DNA from: Candidatus Thorarchaeota archaeon | GTDB lineage: Archaea > Asgardarchaeota > Thorarchaeia > Thorarchaeales > Thorarchaeaceae | Reading direction: 5' to 3' | NCBI GenBank assembly: GCA_048882325.1 | Contig: JBHLRS010000003.1 | Location: 1 to 64,000 of the forward strand | Length of the DNA: 64,000 bases | Shown here: piece by piece, positions 57,435 through 64,000 of the stretch | Layout of the letters: each line of letters begins with the position of its first letter | Numbering within the stretch: position 1 is the stretch's first letter | The notes under the pieces: model-generated | What the model was told of the DNA's origin: nothing | Database searches by the model: none | The model's input: the letters and a program-made list of their open reading frames with translations, nothing else | Made by a program: the position numbers and the translations under genes

Positions 57435-60400
57435 TTACTCCCTCAGCATTTCTTCAGTTTCTTCTAGGATGCTCTTCTCACGCCACCAGCGAAGGTCACG
57501 AGCTCCTGTTGGACATATAGCACAACACGCACCACACCCCTCACAGCGCATCTCATCAGTGACACTCTTCTTCACACCAGGTTCAACTTCCATCATTGAA
57601 ACTGCGTCATAGGGACAGATATCTGAATATCGGCATAGGTCGCATCCCACACATAGTTCCTGGTCAACTTCTGCTGTGAGTAGCTCAATCTCCACAGTAC
57701 CCAAGTTCAATGGTATACATGCTTCGCTTGCTGCCCCTCTTGCCTGATTGATTGAGTCACCAATATTCTTGGCATAAGTAACACCAAGAAATACACCTGG
57801 GACAGTGGTCTCTACAGGTTTGTACTTCATATGCATCTCAGCCAAGAATCCGTCCTGACCACGGTTGATTCCCATAGCCTTCACAAATTCATCAACATCG
57901 TGGGGTGCCTCAAGTCCAAGTGCCAGCACGACTAGTTCTGACTTGATCTTGAATGTTTCTTGAGCGAGTGTGTCATAGACAGTTACTATGGCTAAATCAC
58001 TATCTGGATCTTTCTCGACAGTTACAGGCTTCTCACGGTCCCATCTCAGGTAACCAACACCATTCTGCCTGTTTTCACGCCACATCTCTTCCATTCCCTT
58101 GGCGAATGGTCGAATGTGTTCCTTGTATGCTGAGAAGATTTTGATGTCTGGGAACATCTCCTTGAGCTCATGCTGCATTGCCAATGTAGCAGAACAGCAT
58201 ACTCTAGAACAATACCTATTACCTTCTCCTGGATTCTGTCTTGAACCTACACAATGAATGAACACCGGGTTCTTTGGTGGTTTCTTTATCTCTCCATTTC
58301 TCAATCGTCGTTCTAGCTCAAGAGTTGATATCACACCTGGAACTTCGCCCCATCCATATTCTCCTTGCTTTGGTTCATAGACATCTGACCCTATAGTGAT
58401 CACCATTGAACCAATTCGATGAACTGTTCGTTCACTGGTTTCAGTGTTCTGTACAGTGATATCATAATTCCCGTAAGAACCATCTCTCCTAACTACCTTT
58501 GAGTTAAGGAGGACTTTGATTCGTTTGTTTTTCTCGATTTTTGCCACAAGGTCTTCCACAATATTCTGCGCAGACTCCAGAGCAGGGAAGACATGATATA
58601 GCTCATTGAGTCTTCCACCAAGTTTGTCTGTTTTTTCTACTAGAACCACATTGAAACCTTTCCGAGCAATGTCTAGTGATGCTGTCATCCCTGAAACGCC
58701 ACCACCAACCACCATGGAAACAGGAGTGACCTCGACTCTCTTCAATGGGACCTCCTCGTTGTTGATTGCCTTTGCAACAGCGCTTCTAATCATGTCCTGT
58801 GCTTTTTCTTGCCTGACCTCTGGGTCCTCATTCACATGAACTAGTGCTAGATGCTCACGTAGACCCACTGGTCCCACCAAGTAGTATCCGGATAGACCTG
58901 CAGCCTCCAGAGCCCTTCTGAATGTTGATTCATGTTGTAGAGGTGAGCAAGACCCAACAACCACACGATTGAGTTTGTGCTCTTTTATGGCGTCAGTTAC
59001 AAGTTGCTGACCAGGGTCACTACACATGAAAATATAGTCCGTAGCATACACCACATTTGGTAGGTCCTTTGCCCACTCAGCGAGACCTGGTGAACTTATT
59101 TCATTACCAATAATCCCGCCGCAATGACACACAAAGACTCCCACTCGAGGTTCATCACCAAGATCTGCAGGTGGTATCTCAGGTACAGGTTCTGGTGTGG
59201 GAACGGGCAGGATAGAATGTGCTGCCATTGCAGCTCCTTTCCCCTCATTCACACTATCCGTTCCATCTCTTGGTCCATGAGCACAACCAGCGACGAAAAT
59301 ACCAGGCCGGTTTGTTTCAAGCGCAGAAGCATTGGGATGCTTTTCCTTCACCCATCCTGCTTCATCAAGGTCAATTTTGAGAATCTTTGCCAGCTCAGCG
59401 GCACCTTCACTAGGTCTAAAACTGGCATTGAGTACAACCATGGAGATATTGTCAATCTGGATTATTTCACCAGTGTCTGTGTTCTCCATCTTCACAAAGA
59501 GGTCGTGAGTATCTGGGTTTTCCTGAATCTCTGAAACTCTACCTCTTACGAAATTGATTCCTCTATTCTTCTGAGTGTCCCAGAGAAACTCCTCTAATGC
59601 CTTGCCAGCAGTCCTCATGTCCATGTATGTGTAGATAATCTCGCAGTGATCTTCTGGGTAGTGCATCCTTGTCACCTGTGCCAGTTTGAGGCCAAATGAA
59701 CAACACACCCTGTTGCAGTGTTGACTATATCCACTGATATTCTCTCGGACGTCTCTACTTCCAACACAGTTCACAAACAGAATCTTCTCAGGTTCCTTAC
59801 CATCCGACGGTCTCACCATATGCGAATCAGTTGGGCCAGTTGGATGACTTTGTCTATCGTACTCCATTGTAGTAACGACATTTGGGAATATTCCGTAACC
59901 ATACTCACTGTAATCCAGTGGTCTGTATTCCTGAAATCCAGTAGCCATGATGATCGAGCCAACATTGAGATCAAACACATTGTCCTCATCATCATACATG
60001 ATACAGTCCTGTGGACACACGGACGCACAAGTTCCACAACCGATGCATGAATCCCTATCGATCGTGGCTATCAATGGAATTTGCTGTGGAAAGTTCATGT
60101 AGATAGCTTTTCGAAGTGAAAGTCCCTTGTCATATTCATTTGGCACTTCAACAGGACATGAACGAATGCATAGTTGACAGCCTGTACATTTTTTCTCATT
60201 GACATAACGAGCTTTCTTCCTTATTGTTACAGTGAAGTCTCCTTCCTTTCCAGTCACCTTTTCTACAGTTGACAACGGATGGACCGTGATGTTCGGATGT
60301 TTGCCCACAAATGACGTGAGTGGGGTCATGACGCAAGCTGAACATTCCAGCGCTGGAAAAATCTTGTAGATAGCCACATAGTTTCCACCAATATTGACTG

Positions 60401-60539
60401 ACTTCTCAATCATATGGGCATGATGACCGCCATTTGCTAGTCCTAGTGAAGCATTGATTCCAGCCATGCCTCCTCCAATGACAAGGACATCTGTTGGCTT
60501 GGCTTTATGTTCTGGTTTCTTGGCTGACTCGCTGACCAT
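57435..60539 (-). CDS. hdrA: Heterodisulfide reductase subunit A-like protein, double FAD module, no MvhD
   Basis: KIFPALECSAC, two GGGxxG motifs, CVGSR twice, VGVFVCHCG, C-terminal ferredoxin; start at ATG 60539 with GGAG SD. Confidence 0.9.
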   Translation of the reverse strand: MVSESAKKPEHKAKPTDVLVIGGGMAGINASLGLANGGHHAHMIEKSVNIGGNYVAIYKIFPALECSACVMTPLTSFVGKHPNITVHPLSTVEKVTGKEGDFTVTIRKKARYVNEKKCTGCQLCIRSCPVEVPNEYDKGLSLRKAIYMNFPQQIPLIATIDRDSCIGCGTCASVCPQDCIMYDDEDNVFDLNVGSIIMATGFQEYRPLDYSEYGYGIFPNVVTTMEYDRQSHPTGPTDSHMVRPSDGKEPEKILFVNCVGSRDVRENISGYSQHCNRVCCSFGLKLAQVTRMHYPEDHCEIIYTYMDMRTAGKALEEFLWDTQKNRGINFVRGRVSEIQENPDTHDLFVKMENTDTGEIIQIDNISMVVLNASFRPSEGAAELAKILKIDLDEAGWVKEKHPNASALETNRPGIFVAGCAHGPRDGTDSVNEGKGAAMAAHSILPVPTPEPVPEIPPADLGDEPRVGVFVCHCGGIIGNEISSPGLAEWAKDLPNVVYATDYIFMCSDPGQQLVTDAIKEHKLNRVVVGSCSPLQHESTFRRALEAAGLSGYYLVGPVGLREHLALVHVNEDPEVRQEKAQDMIRSAVAKAINNEEVPLKRVEVTPVSMVVGGGVSGMTASLDIARKGFNVVLVEKTDKLGGRLNELYHVFPALESAQNIVEDLVAKIEKNKRIKVLLNSKVVRRDGSYGNYDITVQNTETSERTVHRIGSMVITIGSDVYEPKQGEYGWGEVPGVISTLELERRLRNGEIKKPPKNPVFIHCVGSRQNPGEGNRYCSRVCCSATLAMQHELKEMFPDIKIFSAYKEHIRPFAKGMEEMWRENRQNGVGYLRWDREKPVTVEKDPDSDLAIVTVYDTLAQETFKIKSELVVLALGLEAPHDVDEFVKAMGINRGQDGFLAEMHMKYKPVETTVPGVFLGVTYAKNIGDSINQARGAASEACIPLNLGTVEIELLTAEVDQELCVGCDLCRYSDICPYDAVSMMEVEPGVKKSVTDEMRCEGCGACCAICPTGARDLRWWREKSILEETEEMLRE

Positions 60540-60725
60540 GGGAACAATCTCCAAGGTGACGTAGTTACTGAAGCTCCAGCGGGGCGAGAGATATAATCTT
60601 TCTGTCAGGGCCTTCACAGCGTTAATTCGAATGTTTAGAACACGTGTTCCAATATCAACACGGAATACAATCTAGGGATAATCAAAAAGAAAGGCAAAAG
60701 GAGGATTCTATTCGTCTTCCCTCTT

Positions 60726-61832
60726 TCATTGTGTTGTTCTAGACCTTCTCAGTTTAAGATAACCAAATGTAATCGCTGAGAAGACAATCGCTAACAAGTA
60801 AAGTATGATTGGTATCCACAGAGGTTCAAGCATGAGTAATCTTGAGATATCTCTAAGAGGATACCCACCAATTTCACTTGGAAGTATGTATATCCATACT
60901 ATTGCAGCGATATATCCTAGGATCACACCCCATTTGATTTCCCTTCGAACATTGAAGATGAACATGTAGGTGAATGCGAACATGAATGCAAAACCGGTTG
61001 TAAACATCACCCAGATCCCTGTTTCAGCTTGGGACACTGTGGTCGTTGCTACAATGAAGGCGTGAATGCCAACGAAGCTCTCAAGAAAGACAATCCACCC
61101 TTTGCTGACATGCACAACTGTGTATGCCAGTGAAATCTGAGTGAAGAGGAGGAACATGTAGAAGAATCCACTCAGCAGTTGAGGGTCGTATGCCATCGGA
61201 TGGAACCAGAATGTGTAGATAATCGCCCACGCAAAGATGTATCCATGGTTCCTCCGGAAGAATCCAGAAACTTGAGCAGTCATAGGCTTACCCATCTTCC
61301 TCCCTAGGAAGAAACCTCGACGTGGATTCTCGATGACTAAGATGATGACCAACATCACGATGACAGAACCTTGACTGGTCCAAATCGGGACATCTTGTGC
61401 AAGTCCATCAAACCAGATATGTGTCTGGATGAGATGAAGAAAAATGAAGGCCAAGTTAATGCCTATCGCTGCCCAGTTGAACCTGGTAAGACCAGAGGTT
61501 GGTTTCGCACGAAGATGAGTCAGATTCTTTTGAGCCCAATATATTGCTCCCCAGATTGCGAACTGATGAGCGAGATAGAAGCTCCACACAATAAACATCG
61601 TCGTGAACTCACGTACTGGTAATTGCCAAAAATACCATGCAGGTCCTTTATCCTCTACGAGAATTCCAAGAAAATGATCAAGATATGGTCCCACGATCCA
61701 AATCAAGAGCGTGAACAGAACTGTAAATACAAGACCGCCAGCCCAAGCATAGTATGCCTTTCTTGAGGTGGTTTCACTGACCTCTTCAGTTTCAACTCTA
61801 GATATACTTTCATTTTCACTTGTCAAGAACAT
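60726..61832 (-). CDS. Polytopic membrane protein with conserved-looking His motifs
   Basis: YLAHQ, HLIQTHIWFDGLAQDV, ENPRRG, HGYIFAWA, FWFHP; ~9-10 TM. Confidence 0.7.
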   Translation of the reverse strand: MFLTSENESISRVETEEVSETTSRKAYYAWAGGLVFTVLFTLLIWIVGPYLDHFLGILVEDKGPAWYFWQLPVREFTTMFIVWSFYLAHQFAIWGAIYWAQKNLTHLRAKPTSGLTRFNWAAIGINLAFIFLHLIQTHIWFDGLAQDVPIWTSQGSVIVMLVIILVIENPRRGFFLGRKMGKPMTAQVSGFFRRNHGYIFAWAIIYTFWFHPMAYDPQLLSGFFYMFLLFTQISLAYTVVHVSKGWIVFLESFVGIHAFIVATTTVSQAETGIWVMFTTGFAFMFAFTYMFIFNVRREIKWGVILGYIAAIVWIYILPSEIGGYPLRDISRLLMLEPLWIPIILYLLAIVFSAITFGYLKLRRSRTTQ

Positions 61833-61940
61833 CCTCTCGCTAAAACAAGTGCGCGTTTGTATAAACAATTGTTAATAAATAATCAGTTGGCTGCAACAAA
61901 ATATAACTCGGGCTTTGTGACCGCCAGAGGTGGTGCCTAC

Positions 61941-62273
61941 ATGACCAAAGAAAAGATACTGGGAATGCTTCAGACTCTGGGAGCAAAATTCGAGGATCCA
62001 AAAATCAAGCGTAGATTCAAAGAATACAACAAGACCATTCAGTTCATCTTTCCAGATGTTGATGCCAAGATGTACATGAGGATTGGAGATGCGGAACTCC
62101 TTGAAGTAGCTGAGGGTGAAATTGATGCTGAGCTCCAAGTAACAATGGACTCACTTGTCTTCTTCTCAATAATTGAAAGGACAGAAAGTCCCATGGCTGC
62201 ATACTCTGCAGGGAAACTCAAGACCAAGGGTGAAGTACCAGACTTGTTGAAGCTGCAGAAGTTACTCATCTGA
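61941..62273 (+). CDS. SCP2 sterol/lipid-binding domain protein
   Basis: TIQF, SPMAAYSAGKLKTKGEVPDLLKLQKL. Confidence 0.85.
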   Translation: MTKEKILGMLQTLGAKFEDPKIKRRFKEYNKTIQFIFPDVDAKMYMRIGDAELLEVAEGEIDAELQVTMDSLVFFSIIERTESPMAAYSAGKLKTKGEVPDLLKLQKLLI

Positions 62274-62612
62274 TTTGGACCCTTTGTCGACTACCATCGA
62301 TACTAACTCACGCATACGAACCATCTGACTCCTGACACGTTCAGCTCCATCCTTGGTCAAGACTGCAAATGTTGTGGGTTTGAGATCAACAAAACGTTTT
62401 GATATCCGAATCAGACCCAACTCTTCCAGTTTTCTTAGATGACTTGACAGATTTCCTGAAGTAAGACCAAGTTTCTTCTGAAGAACAGGAAATGTTGCAT
62501 TTTGTGTGAAATAGAGATAGACCAGAATTGAAAGTCGTGTGGGGACCATCGTTTCACGGTCCTCTTCCATGAGGCCTACCAATGCTGACAGGAGGTCCCC
62601 ATCAAGACTCAC
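62262..62612 (-). CDS. Winged-helix transcriptional regulator (ArsR/HTH_34-like)
   Basis: PTRLSIL...LGLTSGNLSSHLRKLEELG...KPTT...LTKDG. Confidence 0.88.
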   Translation of the reverse strand: MSLDGDLLSALVGLMEEDRETMVPTRLSILVYLYFTQNATFPVLQKKLGLTSGNLSSHLRKLEELGLIRISKRFVDLKPTTFAVLTKDGAERVRSQMVRMRELVSMVVDKGSKSDE

Positions 62613-62614
62613 GT

Positions 62615-63313
62615 CTATCCCTGTCCTTTGCTCTCGAGAAGTAGTCGTTCAGCTGTTGCCAACATATAGATGCCCATCACGTAAACGCCACCCATGTCTA
62701 CTACTATCAGCATAACATAAGCAAGAGTAGGTATTGGCGGGGGTTGAGATATGGCTACCAACATGGGAATTATACTTAGAAAGACAGCTAGTGCAAAGTA
62801 GAGATGTTCGCGAGTGAGGAGGTCCTCCCCTGAACTTCTCCTTCCCAACAAATAGTTGCCAAGAAAACCAGTTCCCATAATGGCTTGTAGTGCTGGTGGG
62901 AACAGATCAAAGTTTCCTGATGGAAACAGAATAAGTGATACACCTACAATTGCCGCTCCTAGAATAGCCCAGATTGCAAACGAATATCTTCCTCCCTCAG
63001 CCACAACAGGCTGTTGAGGGTAGGAACGAGTCAGTGGTACTATCAGTCTAAATGCTACAATCCAAGAAAAGAACAAGCTGAGGAGTACGAATCCCAGATT
63101 GGCTAATAATGGATCTCCAGGTCCCAGAACTTGTTGCAGAAACATGAATATCAAAGTCGTAAATGAAATACCTCCAGCAATAATCAGATAGACTAGACCA
63201 GAAACTCTACGGCCTACAACTGCGGGATACTTATCGATTAGGTCCGTGAGTAATAGGAGCTGTCTTGCCTTTTGGACCAAGTCGTCGTCTTGTTCAACAC
63301 CTTCTGGATTCAT
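62615..63313 (-). CDS. Six-TM hypothetical membrane protein, operon with the regulator
   Basis: Hydropathy; 2 nt from the regulator start. Confidence 0.65.
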   Translation of the reverse strand: MNPEGVEQDDDLVQKARQLLLLTDLIDKYPAVVGRRVSGLVYLIIAGGISFTTLIFMFLQQVLGPGDPLLANLGFVLLSLFFSWIVAFRLIVPLTRSYPQQPVVAEGGRYSFAIWAILGAAIVGVSLILFPSGNFDLFPPALQAIMGTGFLGNYLLGRRSSGEDLLTREHLYFALAVFLSIIPMLVAISQPPPIPTLAYVMLIVVDMGGVYVMGIYMLATAERLLLESKGQG

Positions 63314-63384
63314 ATACTCACCTCAGTATTATACAGTAACCTCATTTTCATAAACCTCCATTATAACTCTACTTGAAAAAAAGA

Positions 63385-63406
63385 AGGAGTCCACAATGGG
63401 ACTCCT
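63385..63406 (-). terminator. Hairpin plus U-tract after the ABC permease
   Basis: AGGAGTCC-ACAATG-GGACTCCT with A7 at 63376-63382. Confidence 0.55.
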
Positions 63407-64000
63407 AGCGAGAACCGAACTTCTCGAACAGAATGATTCCCACGACCACGAGTAGGAGACCGACAATCGATACAATGGCTAGATTAGTCCAGATTATTGG
63501 AGTTGTAATGGGAGCACCTCTGAGGAAGAGGGTCGTCAACGCGTCGGTGACATACTTGCTTGGGATATACTTGGAAAGCATTTCAGTCGGACCACCAAGC
63601 GGCATGAATGTTCCAAGGAACATTTGCGGCATGATGAAGATGAAGCTTATTCCAGTGGAAGCTTCTGCAGACTTGGAAATCGCTGCTGAAATCAGGCCAA
63701 ATCCCACAGCAACCAGGGAGAATGCTAATGCAATCACAAAGGTGAATGCAATACCAGCAATCCCACTTGCAGGTCTGTAACCAATCACGTACGAAGATGC
63801 AAGGACAATTGCTACCTGCACTACTGCGATTATCATATAGGAGAGCGTTTGGCTGATCATATAATCCGCTGATGAGGCTGGAGTTGTTCGAAGCCTCTTT
63901 AGTAAGCCCTCATCTCTCTCAGCAGTCATTGTTTGAGCAACGATCATCGTCATGAATATGGCTGCAAAAGCGAAAATGCCTGGTGCCATGAAATCCCATT
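63405..64000 (-). CDS. ABC-2 type transporter permease, 5'-truncated by window edge
   Basis: PGI..., ERDEGLLKRLRTTP, PQMFLGTFMP; frame open to the window end. Confidence 0.88.
   Translation of the reverse strand, partial: WDFMAPGIFAFAAIFMTMIVAQTMTAERDEGLLKRLRTTPASSADYMISQTLSYMIIAVVQVAIVLASSYVIGYRPASGIAGIAFTFVIALAFSLVAVGFGLISAAISKSAEASTGISFIFIMPQMFLGTFMPLGGPTEMLSKYIPSKYVTDALTTLFLRGAPITTPIIWTNLAIVSIVGLLLVVVGIILFEKFGSR

Noticed and set aside
52005-60539. Selenocysteine recoding in HdrA/MvhD (known Sec families in Asgard archaea and methanogens)
   Set aside because: Both ORFs are uninterrupted and the motif positions are Cys codons; no in-frame TGA seen. MsrA is also Cys-type.
215-63780. Numerous 60-180 aa overlapping or antisense ORFs in the ORF track (e.g. 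10240-10701, 12358-12912, 14773-15171, 42206-42679)
   Set aside because: They shadow well-supported genes on the other strand or frame and have no motifs

Overview
Gene-dense archaeal chromosomal segment, most likely from an Asgard archaeon of the Thorarchaeia type. This assignment is inference from archaeal TATA/BRE promoters, HdrABC/MvhD, DUF2096, a Thor-style TPR protein and a CxxC...H...H-xxxxYxDxNxxxR domain. About 60 CDS cover transport (NSS, PiT, two ArsB/NhaD-CitMHS paralogues, ABC-2), housekeeping (short AlaRS, AhcY, MsrA) and anaerobic metabolism. The metabolic genes are two acyl-CoA ligases, a 2-hydroxyacyl-CoA dehydratase plus activase, a korDA...BC operon split by three extra genes, and a 16-kb cluster of three HdrBC pairs and two double-module HdrA genes, one fused to MvhD. 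The strongest candidate for an undescribed system is at 15300-17469: an NHLP/Os1348-clan leader-type precursor peptide with a Trp/His/Pro-rich tail, directly upstream of a B12-dependent radical SAM enzyme, i.e. a putative archaeal RiPP cluster. Next to it lies a module with a ribbon-helix-helix regulator, repeated TATTAC operator-like sites and a ~95-nt rod-shaped RNA leader in front of a small membrane-anchored protein. A GC-rich ~60-nt candidate ncRNA lies beside a Regnase-like NYN nuclease. No tRNA, rRNA, CRISPR array or transposase was recognised. All family assignments are from motif recognition by eye; no searches were run.
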